From an uncultured virus (IMG/VR IMGVR_UViG_3300032167_007427) (Duplodnaviria; Heunggongvirae; Uroviricota; Caudoviricetes), in the IMG/VR virus record IMGVR_UViG_3300032167_007427: 64,000 nucleotides of DNA; one strand, given 5' to 3'. Below, piece after piece: positions 1 through 9,812 of this stretch. How positions within the stretch are numbered: the stretch's first letter is position 1; each line of letters begins with the position of its first letter. The notes beneath the pieces were generated by a model that saw nothing but the letters and a program-made list of their open reading frames with translations, was not told the DNA's origin and ran no database searches. The position numbers and the translations under genes were made by a program.

Positions 1-1323
1 ATGTCGGGGCTTGCGTATAAGAAAGAAGTTCTCGACATTAAATCCGAAAGAATGATCCGTGTATTGCGTGGAGGCAATATCGGAGATGAGAGGTATTATT
101 TCAAAGCCGACGATGTCTTCATTTCAGATGAATTTGTAAAGCCGGAACTCTTTTTGAAAAAGAACTATATGATTACCCCCGCAGTTAGCAGTTTGGAACA
201 CATTGGTAAAATTGCTTTGATTGATGAAGACCTTGAGAATACGGTTGTCGGCGGATTTGTATTGATGCTTATTCCGTTGTTTAACGATGATATCCTGTCG
301 AAGTATTTACTGTATGCGTTTGCAGCAAAAAACCACAGGGATAATTGTAGAAGTATAACTCATAAATCCGGGCAAGCGTTTTATAATCTTTCACGGGAAC
401 TTATGATGAATCTGCCGATTCCGTTACCGCCACGGTCTGAAATGGCTCGGATTATTACAAAATTAGAAGAAGCGTTGCCTTGCGTTGAAGCTTATAGAAC
501 GATTGAGTGTGAAAGCAATGAGCTCAACCTTTCCTTCCCGGTTCAACTCAAGAAGTCCATACTCCAATGGGCAGTACAAGGAAAACTTGTACCACAAGAC
601 CCCACAGACGAGCCTGCAGAGGCTTTGCTTGAGCGTATCCGGGGTGAAAAGGAACGGCTCGTGCGTGAAGGCAAAATCAAGAAAGATAAGCACGAATCGG
701 TCATTTTTAGACGGGATAATTCTCATTATGAAAAGCGAGGTTCTGAGACTGTATGTATCGATTCTGAATTGCCATTTGAAATTCCAGAAAGTTGGGCGTG
801 GGCTCGTCTATCCTCGTTTGGTATATTCAGTAGTGGCAAAACACCCTCAATGGCAAATCCGTCATTTTGGAACGGTAATGTACCATGGGTCTCTTCAAAA
901 GATATGAAAAAACCCATCATCATAGATTCCGAAATGCATATTAGTAATGAAGCTGCTCGGGATATGCAACTATATCCATCCGGGACACTATTATTGGTGG
1001 CTCGAAGTGGTATTTTGAGGAGATTGTTGCCATTGTGTGTTCTTGGCGTTGATAGTACTATTAATCAGGACATTAAAGCGTTCTCTTTATATAATCTTGA
1101 TTTGTCCGAGTGGTTATTTTTTGCTATAAAAGCATTTGAGCCTTACATACTTAAAGAGCTTGTAAAATCAGTTACAACTGTAGAAAGTCTTAAATTTGAT
1201 GAGTTTTCGCGACTGTTAATTCCAGTCCCACCAATGGCTGAACAACAACGAATTATCAAAGCTCTCAAACACTCCATCAAACTTATAAAACCGTTATCCA
1301 ACAACCCGTTATTCTCATTATGA
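1..1323 (+). CDS. hsdS: Silent/partial type I specificity cassette (TRD1 + conserved spacer + TRD2a), truncated at window start
   Basis: IPLPPxxExxRI and IPVPPMAEQQRII HsdS motifs; central QLKKSILQWAVQGKLVPQ...DNSHYEK block shared with 3351-4892. Confidence 0.9.
   Translation: MSGLAYKKEVLDIKSERMIRVLRGGNIGDERYYFKADDVFISDEFVKPELFLKKNYMITPAVSSLEHIGKIALIDEDLENTVVGGFVLMLIPLFNDDILSKYLLYAFAAKNHRDNCRSITHKSGQAFYNLSRELMMNLPIPLPPRSEMARIITKLEEALPCVEAYRTIECESNELNLSFPVQLKKSILQWAVQGKLVPQDPTDEPAEALLERIRGEKERLVREGKIKKDKHESVIFRRDNSHYEKRGSETVCIDSELPFEIPESWAWARLSSFGIFSSGKTPSMANPSFWNGNVPWVSSKDMKKPIIIDSEMHISNEAARDMQLYPSGTLLLVARSGILRRLLPLCVLGVDSTINQDIKAFSLYNLDLSEWLFFAIKAFEPYILKELVKSVTTVESLKFDEFSRLLIPVPPMAEQQRIIKALKHSIKLIKPLSNNPLFSL
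562..734 (+). repeat. ~173-bp inverted repeat, partner at 3889-4061
   Basis: Near-identical DNA for LQWAVQGKLVPQ...RRDNSHYEK on opposite strands. Confidence 0.9.
720..734 (+). repeat. hsdS recombination site 1 (TTCTCATTATGAAAA)
   Basis: One mismatch to the 7-1-7 palindrome, at the spacer/TRD2 junction. Confidence 0.75.
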
Positions 1324-1326
1324 GAA
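1312..1326 (+). repeat. hsdS recombination site 2 (TTCTCATTATGAGAA)
   Basis: Perfect 7-1-7 palindrome at cassette start. Confidence 0.85.
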
Positions 1327-1894
1327 GCAGGGTAAAAACGAGGAATGCATAGATGCTTTTCTTCCGTTTGATATACCTGAAACTTGGCATTGGGAACGTT
1401 GGGGAAACATATCAATAAACATCCAATACGGATATAATGCCCCCGCCAAAGATAGTGGGCGTATTCGCATGGTAAGAATAAGCGATATACAAAACAATTC
1501 TGTACGGTGGGACACCGTTCCATTTTGCGATATATCTGAAAGCGAGATCGCAGATTATAAGTTGAAACCGTGTGATATCCTTTTCGCAAGGACTGGCGGT
1601 ACAGTCGGTAAGTCTTTTCTCGTTGAGGATGTGCCTGTGGAAGCCGTGTACGCGGGATATTTGATACGAACGCAATATAGTGTCGAACTGAACTCAAAGT
1701 ATATGAAATACTATATGGAAAGCCCCCTTTATTGGGCACAGCTTAAGTCTGGGACTACTGCTACTGCACAGCCAAACTGTAATGGCGTAACATTGTCGCA
1801 AATGTTCATCCCCGTCCCCCCACGTCAGGAGCAAGATCGTATTGTTGAAAAGTTAGACGGAATTTTGCCACTTTTGCAGCACCTTGCTCCATAA
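1313..1894 (+). CDS. hsdS: Silent HsdS TRD2 cassette b (begins at recombination site)
   Basis: Reads SHYEKQGK...LPFDIPETWHWERWG in frame into ORF 1469-1894, ending IPVPPRQEQDRIVEKL. Confidence 0.88.
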   Translation, partial: SHYEKQGKNEECIDAFLPFDIPETWHWERWGNISINIQYGYNAPAKDSGRIRMVRISDIQNNSVRWDTVPFCDISESEIADYKLKPCDILFARTGGTVGKSFLVEDVPVEAVYAGYLIRTQYSVELNSKYMKYYMESPLYWAQLKSGTTATAQPNCNGVTLSQMFIPVPPRQEQDRIVEKLDGILPLLQHLAP

Positions 1895-1896
1895 AG

Positions 1897-1911
1897 TTCT
1901 CATTATGAGAA
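1897..1911 (+). repeat. hsdS recombination site 3 (TTCTCATTATGAGAA)
   Basis: Perfect copy at cassette start. Confidence 0.85.
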
Positions 1912-2464
1912 GTTGGGAGAAAAAGTTGTTTGTATTGATGACGAAATACCTTTTGTGATACCTGAATCGTGGGCTTGGGTAAGGCTTGGAAACTTATTCG
2001 CTCATAACACGGGAAAGGCTCTCAACTCCTCTAATAGTGCCGGGGAACTAATGACCTACATAACCACTTCAAACCTTTATTGGGGGCGTTTTGTGTTGGA
2101 GAAGCTCAAAGAGATGCCGTTCACGCAGGCTGAGGTTGACAAGTGTACTGTAACATACGGAGATTTGCTCGTATGTGAAGGTGGGGACATCGGTCGTTCT
2201 GCAATATGGGAATTTGACTTTCCTATGCGCATTCAAAACCACATCCATCGTTTACGATCCTATGGGCATATTAGTACAAAATTTTATTATTATGCTATGT
2301 ATTTGTTCAAGCATTCGGGTTTAATCGGTGGAAAAGGTATCGGCATCCAAGGACTGTCATCCAATGCCATACACACTCTTTTATTACCGTTACCCCCGTG
2401 CAAAGAGCAGCAACGCATTGTTGAAGCTATAGAGCAATTAATTCCTTTTTGTGAACGTCTATAA
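1898..2464 (+). CDS. hsdS: Silent HsdS TRD2 cassette c
   Basis: SHYEKLGEKVVCIDDEIPFVIPESWAWVRLG...LPLPPCKEQQRIV; starts at recombination site. Confidence 0.88.
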   Translation, partial: SHYEKLGEKVVCIDDEIPFVIPESWAWVRLGNLFAHNTGKALNSSNSAGELMTYITTSNLYWGRFVLEKLKEMPFTQAEVDKCTVTYGDLLVCEGGDIGRSAIWEFDFPMRIQNHIHRLRSYGHISTKFYYYAMYLFKHSGLIGGKGIGIQGLSSNAIHTLLLPLPPCKEQQRIVEAIEQLIPFCERL

Positions 2465-2465
2465 A

Positions 2466-2504
2466 AGAAGGCATACACCTCAAATTGAAGTGTATGCCTC
2501 TTTC
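2466..2504. terminator. Hairpin between convergent genes
   Basis: AGGCATACAC...GTGTATGCCT with A/T flanks. Confidence 0.7.
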
Positions 2505-2505
2505 C

Positions 2506-3309
2506 TTACCAATCGATTACGGAATCTACGATTTCTCGTTGTTCGGTCGAGGTTTTTCGCAGATAAATACGGGTGGTCTCGATGCTCTCGTGTCCCATAA
2601 GATCTGCGAGGAATGCTATATCGTTACAACGCTCCAAAAAACTCTTTGCAAAGCGGTGACGGAATGAATGCGGGTATACAACCGCCGGATTTATGTTGTA
2701 CTTCACAGCAAGCTTTTTTAGCTGTCCTGAAATGCCACGGGTTGTAATGCGTTCACCATACTTATTCAAAAAAATGAAGCCACTTTCTTGATGCTTATCC
2801 GCCAACCAAGAAAGGGCTTCATTCTGTAAGGCTTTGGGGATGTAAATTCTACGCAATTTCCCGCCTTTTGAATATAAATCAAGGTGGCCAAGTTTTATGT
2901 GTTCAACCTTGATTTGTATGAGTTCGCTTACACGCGCACCCGTTGCAGCAAGGAAGCGTATGACGAAATACCAAAACATCTCATCTTCGTTTTTGAGGCA
3001 GGTTTTGAAGTACTCATAATCCGCTTCACTTATGACATTTTCAAGAAATGCCTTTTGTTGTACCCGGACAAATGGCTGCTTCCATTTCTCCTTTCCGATA
3101 CTTTCAAGGTAACAGTTTATAGCCCGCAACCTCAAATTTACCGTTTTTGGCTTATAGCTCTCGATGAGCCAAATCTTGTAAGCCTTCAAGTTTTTCAGGG
3201 TGACCTCTGCGTATTGTTCTTGGTATTGCCGGACGGCGAACATATACGAAGAAATCGTGTTTTCGGAGAGGTTAGAACCCCTCAAGTGTCTCTCGAATTC
3301 TTTTATCAT
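2506..3309 (-). CDS. Tyrosine recombinase (shufflon invertase)
   Basis: TGARVSEL, KGGKLR, HSFRHRFA, LMGHESIETTRIY; RBS AAGGAGG before MIKEF. Confidence 0.93.
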   Translation of the reverse strand: MIKEFERHLRGSNLSENTISSYMFAVRQYQEQYAEVTLKNLKAYKIWLIESYKPKTVNLRLRAINCYLESIGKEKWKQPFVRVQQKAFLENVISEADYEYFKTCLKNEDEMFWYFVIRFLAATGARVSELIQIKVEHIKLGHLDLYSKGGKLRRIYIPKALQNEALSWLADKHQESGFIFLNKYGERITTRGISGQLKKLAVKYNINPAVVYPHSFRHRFAKSFLERCNDIAFLADLMGHESIETTRIYLRKTSTEQREIVDSVIDW

Positions 3310-3350
3310 AGTGAAAGACCTCCTTTCACTATAATTATACACCTTGGGTT

Positions 3351-4892
3351 TTACAGGGTCTTTACGAGCGTCATAAGTTCATCAATTTTAGCTACGATTC
3401 GATGTTGTTCTTCCCGTGATGGAACTGGTAATAACATTGACAATATACTGTTTCTATCAATACCGGGGATGACACCTTGACCATAAGTTTTTATACGATC
3501 AAAATTCGCTTGAATAAAGAAGAGAATATATTTTGTTATTAACCCCGATGGACACCGTATCGCCATAATTTGTCTTGCTATGTGTGCTTTTTCAATATCA
3601 CAAATCACTGTTTTTCCATACCCGGAGCCCTTACATACTAATAAGATATCTCCTTTTTGCGTTAAAACTTTAGGAACAGGAGTCCATCTATTGATTAGCA
3701 CCCCACTTTCAGACAAACTGCTTGCACCGGTTATATAAGGTATGCCGTTATGCATATCATTATAATCACTGGGAGGAAAGTCCGTTCCCGATAATAATTG
3801 CACTACATTTCCGAGCCTTTCCCAACGCCATGTCAAGGGTAGTTCATAAGGCACTTCGTCGTCTATACAAACAACTTTTTCGCCCAACTTCTCATAATGA
3901 GAATTATCCCGTCTAAAAATGACCGATTCGTGCTTATCTTTCTTGATTTTGCCTTCACGCACGAGCCGTTCCTTTTCACCCCGAATACGCTCAAGCAAAG
4001 CCTCTGCCGGCTCGTCTGTGGGGGCTTGAGGCACAAGTTTTCCTTGTACCGCCCATTGGAGAATAGATTTCTTTAACTGCTCCGGGAAAGATGTATTTAG
4101 CTTTGTAAGTGCCTGCTCGGCTGCATCGTATTGTTCGAGCAAAGGCTCATACTTTTCTATTTCACAAACAATACGCTTTTGCTCTGCTAACGGAGGTACG
4201 GGCAAAAGCATTGCTTTTAAGGTGTTGACACTAACGCCTCCAATAATTCCTGTAGTATTTTCCTTAAAGGCTGCTTGGAACAGCGGGCTTTGGAGATAAT
4301 AGTATAAAAACTTGTAATCAATTCCGAATGATACGAAGCAGCACAGTTTATTTCCGAAGCAAACATCTTGATTTGTGAAGGCGATTTTACGACCGGCGCT
4401 TCCTCCTTCTATACACAAGAGTATGCTGTCCCTGGGAGCAATTCTAAATTGATCTTTTGCAAAAGGTATCCGCACACCGTTGTCGTATGTGATGACGTGA
4501 TCAAAACCAACATCCTTTGTACCAATATAGAAACGACCGTCTGAAAGTCCCGTGTAATGAAGCTTCTTTTCCGTTTCGTTTATGCTGTTGCCCGTGTACA
4601 TATCGTTGACGGACACCAATCTGCACCATTCCCAAGAATCGGGAATGTCAAAAGGCACTTCAAGTTCAACGGTCTCATTGCCGATTTTCTCATAAGGAGT
4701 ATTATCGGCACCACGGAAGATAACCGAAGGGTTCTTTTCACGTTTGATTTTCTTGGCTTTTATAAGTGCTTCCTTCTCTGCTCGGATACGTTCAAGCAGT
4801 ACACTCGCAGGCTCATCGTTAGGGTCTTGAGGCACAAGTTTACCTTGAACTGCCAATTGCAGAATGGAATTCTTCAACTGTTGTGCTGTCAT
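3351..4892 (-). CDS. hsdS: Expressed type I specificity subunit
   Basis: Two TRDs plus conserved regions; overlaps hsdM stop. Confidence 0.95.
   Translation of the reverse strand: MTAQQLKNSILQLAVQGKLVPQDPNDEPASVLLERIRAEKEALIKAKKIKREKNPSVIFRGADNTPYEKIGNETVELEVPFDIPDSWEWCRLVSVNDMYTGNSINETEKKLHYTGLSDGRFYIGTKDVGFDHVITYDNGVRIPFAKDQFRIAPRDSILLCIEGGSAGRKIAFTNQDVCFGNKLCCFVSFGIDYKFLYYYLQSPLFQAAFKENTTGIIGGVSVNTLKAMLLPVPPLAEQKRIVCEIEKYEPLLEQYDAAEQALTKLNTSFPEQLKKSILQWAVQGKLVPQAPTDEPAEALLERIRGEKERLVREGKIKKDKHESVIFRRDNSHYEKLGEKVVCIDDEVPYELPLTWRWERLGNVVQLLSGTDFPPSDYNDMHNGIPYITGASSLSESGVLINRWTPVPKVLTQKGDILLVCKGSGYGKTVICDIEKAHIARQIMAIRCPSGLITKYILFFIQANFDRIKTYGQGVIPGIDRNSILSMLLPVPSREEQHRIVAKIDELMTLVKTL
3889..3903 (-). 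repeat. hsdS recombination site 4, in expressed hsdS
   Basis: TTCTCATAATGAGAA, reverse complement of sites 2 and 3. Confidence 0.85.
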
Positions 4893-6376
4893 TCCTCATC
4901 CTCCGTAAGATCGATACCGAGGATGCCCGTAATCTGTTCAAGAATTCGGTCAATATCGGCATTGAGACTTGCTCTCTTCTCTTGATATTGTTGGATGAGT
5001 TCCTTGGGTGCAAGAATCTCCTCCTCTTCGTGAGGATAGCCACAGAGGTCAATATTATAATTACGGGCAGCAATTTCCTCAACAGTATAGCTCATCGCCT
5101 GGTCGAAACCATCGACAGTAATTGGCTTACGGTCGTCCCACCACTCGATTGCGGGGGCAAAATGCTCCAGCTTCATTGGCTTTGTTTTAGAGAAGTTTTT
5201 ATAGCCCTCGGGCATATCAATACGATAAAACCAGGTTTCTGTTGTGGGACCGGTTCTGTCGAAGAACAGTATATTTGTAGTAATTGATGTGTACGGTGCA
5301 AAAACACTATGCGGCATACGAATCACCGTATGAAGATTGAACTCAGAAAGGAGCTTCTTTTTGAGAGCTACTTTGGCGTTATCTGTACCGAACAGGAAAC
5401 CATCCGGGAGAATTACTGCCGCACGACCATTCACTTTAAGTCTGTACATAATTACGGCCATAAACAGATCTGCTGTTTCACTACTTGCCAGGTCGGACGG
5501 AAAATGGTTTTTGACTTCATTCTTCTCGTGTCCACCATAAGGAGGATTCATAAGAATAACATCAAAGCGGTCCCTATCCGTATAGTTCAAGACGTCTTTT
5601 GTAAGCGAATTATCGTGGAAAACCTGGGGGACATCAATGTCGTGGAGAAGCATATTCGTAATACAAAGCGTATACGGAAAAGGCTTTTTTTCAATGCCAT
5701 ATATCGATGTTGCATACTTCTCTTGATCTTCTGTGGTTTCAACCTTATTCTTGAGCTCGTTAAGCCAGCTTGTCAAGAATCCACCCGTACCACAAGCGAA
5801 GTCAGCCACACGCTCACCAATTTGAGGATTTATCATTTTTGCCATAAAGTCGGTTACCGCACGAGGAGTATAGAACTCACCCGAAGATCCCGCACTCTGC
5901 AGTTCTTTCAGAATACTCTCATAAATCTCACCGAAGGCGTGACTCTCCTCATAATCGCCAAGGTCAAGCTCGTCAATAATGTTGATAACCTGACGAAGAA
6001 GAACACCATCTTTCATGTAGTTGTTTGCGTCCTCAAAGGTTGTCTTAACGATAGACTTGCGTATAGGAGTTTCTTTGCTAACCTCAAGGCCCTTTAATGT
6101 TGGGAACAATACATTATTCACGAAATTCAATAATGTATCTCCAGTCATTGCATTACCGGAACGGTCATCAACTGCCCAATTCGCCCAACGACAATTTTCA
6201 GGAATAATGGAAACATAGCTCTCGTCATCGAATTCCCAATCCTGCTCTTTTGCGTCATATACTTTAAGGAACAGAATCCAAGCCATCTGCTCTATACGCT
6301 GAGCATCTCCATTAACACCCGCGTCGTTCCACATTATATCACGTATTCTTTTTACGAAATTTGACAAACTCGCCAT
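4889..6376 (-). CDS. hsdM: Type I N6-adenine methyltransferase
   Basis: GEFYTPR, DFACGTGGFL, NPPY. Confidence 0.97.
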   Translation of the reverse strand: MASLSNFVKRIRDIMWNDAGVNGDAQRIEQMAWILFLKVYDAKEQDWEFDDESYVSIIPENCRWANWAVDDRSGNAMTGDTLLNFVNNVLFPTLKGLEVSKETPIRKSIVKTTFEDANNYMKDGVLLRQVINIIDELDLGDYEESHAFGEIYESILKELQSAGSSGEFYTPRAVTDFMAKMINPQIGERVADFACGTGGFLTSWLNELKNKVETTEDQEKYATSIYGIEKKPFPYTLCITNMLLHDIDVPQVFHDNSLTKDVLNYTDRDRFDVILMNPPYGGHEKNEVKNHFPSDLASSETADLFMAVIMYRLKVNGRAAVILPDGFLFGTDNAKVALKKKLLSEFNLHTVIRMPHSVFAPYTSITTNILFFDRTGPTTETWFYRIDMPEGYKNFSKTKPMKLEHFAPAIEWWDDRKPITVDGFDQAMSYTVEEIAARNYNIDLCGYPHEEEEILAPKELIQQYQEKRASLNADIDRILEQITGILGIDLTEDEE

Positions 6377-6381
6377 AATAT

Positions 6382-8739
6382 TTAACCTGCCTTATATAGT
6401 TCTTCCTTCAGTTCCTGTATTGCTCTTAAATATCCATCTCTTCCACCGAAGAGTGCAGCAATTTTTGCCGGAGAACCGAATCTCTTTCTAATATCTTCAA
6501 GTTTCAAGACCTCAGTCTTCTCTATCTCGTAAACGCCAAGATTCATATAGCGATCAAGTAAAGCCTCCAGCACCTCACGTGCAACACCGCTATATTTGCT
6601 CAAAAAGTCACGTTTTTTAACGTTATTAGCTCGTTCGCGACGAGTTAACGGCTTCTGATCGAATGCAACATGGCAGATGAAATCGAAGTCATCCACATCG
6701 CTCATTCCTTGATCTGCCTTCATTTGTTCCAAATCAATACCTTGCTCGTTGAGCAAATCTCGGATTGCTTCTTTTTTCGCTTCTGCTGACCACTTCCGAA
6801 TGAAATTATCAAGAGAAGCATATTTGCCGAGAATATTGGATTTCGTATAGTCGACAATGCTTTCCTGGCGCAGCAACTTTCCTTTGGCATCATAAATCGA
6901 TACCGTTTTACCCGTAATTTGTACACTACACCCATTTTCATCAACTATAGGTTTTACACGAGGAACAACAGGGGGGTCAATAAGGGGGCCATCTCCGCCA
7001 GGGTCATCTCCACCCCTCGGCTTCTTTTCGTTATTTGGGTCATAACCGTCATCTTGTTCAACATCTCCGTCCCATTTTGGATCTGCAAACAAGCGAGTAA
7101 CATTACGGAAATCCATAACTACAAAATGCGTCTTTCCATCCTGCTCACGAAGACGTGTTCCACGACCGATAATCTGCTTAAATTCAGTCATAGATCCAAT
7201 CATCTCATCAAGGACTATAAGCTTTGTCATTTTGCAGTCCGTGCCTGTAGACAGTAGTTTTGATGTGGTTGCGATAACTGGGTAAGGTGAAGACACAGAA
7301 ATAAAGTAATCAAGTTTACTCTTACCATATGTATCCGAGCCGGTTATACGTACAACATAGTCGGGGTTCTGTTGGCACATATCTGCGTTAAGATTCGTCA
7401 GAGCGACACGCATACGCTCAGCGTGATCTTCCGTTGCACAGAAAACAATTGTCTTTTGCATACGCCCGGTACTCTTCAAGTATTCGGTAATCTCTCTTGC
7501 AACCTCATATGTTCTATCTTCGATGACGATGTTGTAATCGTAATCGCTGTTGGTATATATTCTATCCTCTATTTCAATTCCGTTTTTGTCGATTTGGCCC
7601 TTGTAAGGTCTCCAACCTTCACCAATGTTAGTCCTGATATTTATTACCTTAAACGGGGCAAGAAAACCATCTTCGATACCGTCTTTGAGACTGTATGTAT
7701 ATACTGGTTCACCGAAATAATCGATATTTGAAGCATACTTCGTTTCTTTAGGAGTTGCGGTCATACCAATCTGTGTAGCGGATGAAAAATAGTCAAGGAT
7801 ACGTCTCCAATTGCTATCTTTATCAGCCGAACCTCTATGGCACTCATCAACGATTATAAGGTCAAAGAAGTCTTTGCTGAACAACTGTGCAAATCGTTCT
7901 ACCGACTCCTCACCTGTTGAATCATCACTATCATCATTACCGGTAAGTTGCTGATACAATGCAAAATACACTTCGTGAGAAGTAATTGTCAGAGGATCAT
8001 CTTTGGCAAAATTAACTTTGTGTATTGTCTTTTCAAGCGGTGCAAAATCCTGAACAATGGTCTGGTCAACAAGGTTGTTTCGGTCAGCCAAATATAAGAT
8101 TTTTTTCTTCAAACCACTTCTCAACAAACGATATACAATTTGGAACGCTGTATAAGTTTTTCCCGTTCCCGTAGCCATAACGAGTAACAGGCGGTTCTGC
8201 CCTTTGGCAATAGCCTCTACGGTTCTGTTTATAGCGTTTCTTTGGTAATAACGAGGATCATACGTTGTGGCTGATGAATAGTAAGGTTGGTCAATAATTG
8301 CTTTTTCAGCCGGGGTAATATTAGCACCCTGTTCCCATCGAGCCAAAAGCTCATCGGGGGAAGGAAAATCATCAAGAGTTATAAATCTTTCTTTTCCGGT
8401 CAAAAAATCATGTTCCTGGAAACCATCACCATTAGAACTATAAGCAAAAGGAACATCAAGCATTTGAGCATATGTCATAGCCTGTTGTAATCCATAAGAA
8501 ACAGAATGATTATTATCTTTAGCCTCAACAATGGCAATCGGCTTGTTTTTATTTATATATAAAACATAATCTGCTTTTTTAGGCTTGCTGCGCACTACCA
8601 TATTACCACGCAAATTAACTTTTCCGTCCGTAATTTGCGTTTCCATAGTTATCATACTCCCCCACGTTTTTTGCACAGCAGGAGTAATATAATGCAGTTT
8701 TATGTCCTCTTCTGTCATCTGTTTTTTGCCTAATATCAT
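6382..8739 (-). CDS. hsdR: Type I restriction subunit, EcoAI-like
   Basis: ADY..IVEAK nuclease, MATGTGKT, DECHR, QIIGRGTR, TRRERA C-terminus. Confidence 0.96.
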   Translation of the reverse strand: MILGKKQMTEEDIKLHYITPAVQKTWGSMITMETQITDGKVNLRGNMVVRSKPKKADYVLYINKNKPIAIVEAKDNNHSVSYGLQQAMTYAQMLDVPFAYSSNGDGFQEHDFLTGKERFITLDDFPSPDELLARWEQGANITPAEKAIIDQPYYSSATTYDPRYYQRNAINRTVEAIAKGQNRLLLVMATGTGKTYTAFQIVYRLLRSGLKKKILYLADRNNLVDQTIVQDFAPLEKTIHKVNFAKDDPLTITSHEVYFALYQQLTGNDDSDDSTGEESVERFAQLFSKDFFDLIIVDECHRGSADKDSNWRRILDYFSSATQIGMTATPKETKYASNIDYFGEPVYTYSLKDGIEDGFLAPFKVINIRTNIGEGWRPYKGQIDKNGIEIEDRIYTNSDYDYNIVIEDRTYEVAREITEYLKSTGRMQKTIVFCATEDHAERMRVALTNLNADMCQQNPDYVVRITGSDTYGKSKLDYFISVSSPYPVIATTSKLLSTGTDCKMTKLIVLDEMIGSMTEFKQIIGRGTRLREQDGKTHFVVMDFRNVTRLFADPKWDGDVEQDDGYDPNNEKKPRGGDDPGGDGPLIDPPVVPRVKPIVDENGCSVQITGKTVSIYDAKGKLLRQESIVDYTKSNILGKYASLDNFIRKWSAEAKKEAIRDLLNEQGIDLEQMKADQGMSDVDDFDFICHVAFDQKPLTRRERANNVKKRDFLSKYSGVAREVLEALLDRYMNLGVYEIEKTEVLKLEDIRKRFGSPAKIAALFGGRDGYLRAIQELKEELYKAG

Positions 8740-8846
8740 TTTGACTCCTTTCTCACTTCTGATAATTAGAAATTATCGGAAGTTGGTGGAAATAATGAAT
8801 AGGAAGTGCCCCTTCCTTTCATTTCTATGATTTTGCCATGATTCAC

Positions 8847-9512
8847 TTATACTTTTAATCTGTGGCGGATGTCATTAAGCCACTCGCCATTATATTTGAA
8901 ATATCTCGGTCCCGCCACAGATGCACCATTCATCTTCTCAGATGCGAATGCAGTCAAAGAATAGATTTTTCCGTTACTTTCAATATGTTTTTCATCTACC
9001 ACTATACACGGTACTCCCTCCTTATCCGAAGCCGAGTAAAAGAACTCGACTACCGATCCTACAGGAATATCACACAGAGCGAATGAAAACGGCGACATAC
9101 GTTCTTTCTGCGTTTCGACTATTTCATTAGCGGTCTCTTCGGCTTCTTTCTCAATGTCATTTGGCTGAATTAGTTTTAGCTTTTCTGAACAACCGTGTAT
9201 CTCTGCAATAGCCTCTAAAATCGAGTAAGCATCTTCGGCGGACATTGCGTAAAATTCACGGACTCTCTTTTGCCCATTAAAATTATCGATTGAACGCAGA
9301 TTTGGATTTAGTTTATCAATTATTGAATGTATTTTTAGATCTGAAAGACGTGAATTCACTTCATATGTTGCATATACACGAAAAGCAAACGGTATGCATT
9401 CACTACGGTTTAGTTGTTGAAGTCTTTTCTCAATATCATCCGCATACCCGATTTTAACAAACTCGGGAAAGGAAGGATTCGTTAAAATATAAATAACTCC
9501 CATTTTTTCCAT
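8847..9512 (-). CDS. GIY-YIG (T5orf172-like) nuclease with small C-terminal domain
   Basis: GVIYILTNPSFPEFVKIGY...KRLQQL...REFY. Confidence 0.8.
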   Translation of the reverse strand: MEKMGVIYILTNPSFPEFVKIGYADDIEKRLQQLNRSECIPFAFRVYATYEVNSRLSDLKIHSIIDKLNPNLRSIDNFNGQKRVREFYAMSAEDAYSILEAIAEIHGCSEKLKLIQPNDIEKEAEETANEIVETQKERMSPFSFALCDIPVGSVVEFFYSASDKEGVPCIVVDEKHIESNGKIYSLTAFASEKMNGASVAGPRYFKYNGEWLNDIRHRLKV

Positions 9513-9530
9513 TATACAATGCTCCTTGAT

Positions 9531-9740
9531 TTATGCGGACTGCCCGACGATCTCCATTATATCGCCAACATCTACATTCAGTTTATTGCAAATCTTAACT
9601 ATGATTTCCATACGTACATATTCATCTTTTGAAAGTTTGGCCATTGTAGATGGGCTCAACTCTGCTAATTGCTGAAGGTCTTTTTTCTTCATATTGCGGT
9701 CTATAAGAATTTTGAAAAGCTTCTTATATGAAACACCCAC
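9531..9740 (-). CDS. Small Cro/C1 HTH regulator
   Basis: SYKKLFKILIDRNMKKKDL...KICNKLNVDVGDIME; GTG start with GAGG. Confidence 0.88.
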   Translation of the reverse strand: MGVSYKKLFKILIDRNMKKKDLQQLAELSPSTMAKLSKDEYVRMEIIVKICNKLNVDVGDIMEIVGQSA

Positions 9741-9780
9741 ATAGACACCTCATTTCATAGTGATATATTTATACACAATA

Positions 9781-9809
9781 ATTATATCACTAAAACTCCG
9801 CAATTGCAA
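9781..9809 (-). promoter_or_regulatory. SigA-type promoter for HTH/GIY-YIG genes
   Basis: TTGCAA-N17-TATAAT with extended TG. Confidence 0.75.
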
Positions 9810-9812
9810 TAA

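Noticed and set aside
5309..6097. 262-aa ORF antisense to hsdM (also 2884-3480, 21155-21898, 30792-31496)
   Set aside because: Antisense shadows of well-supported genes
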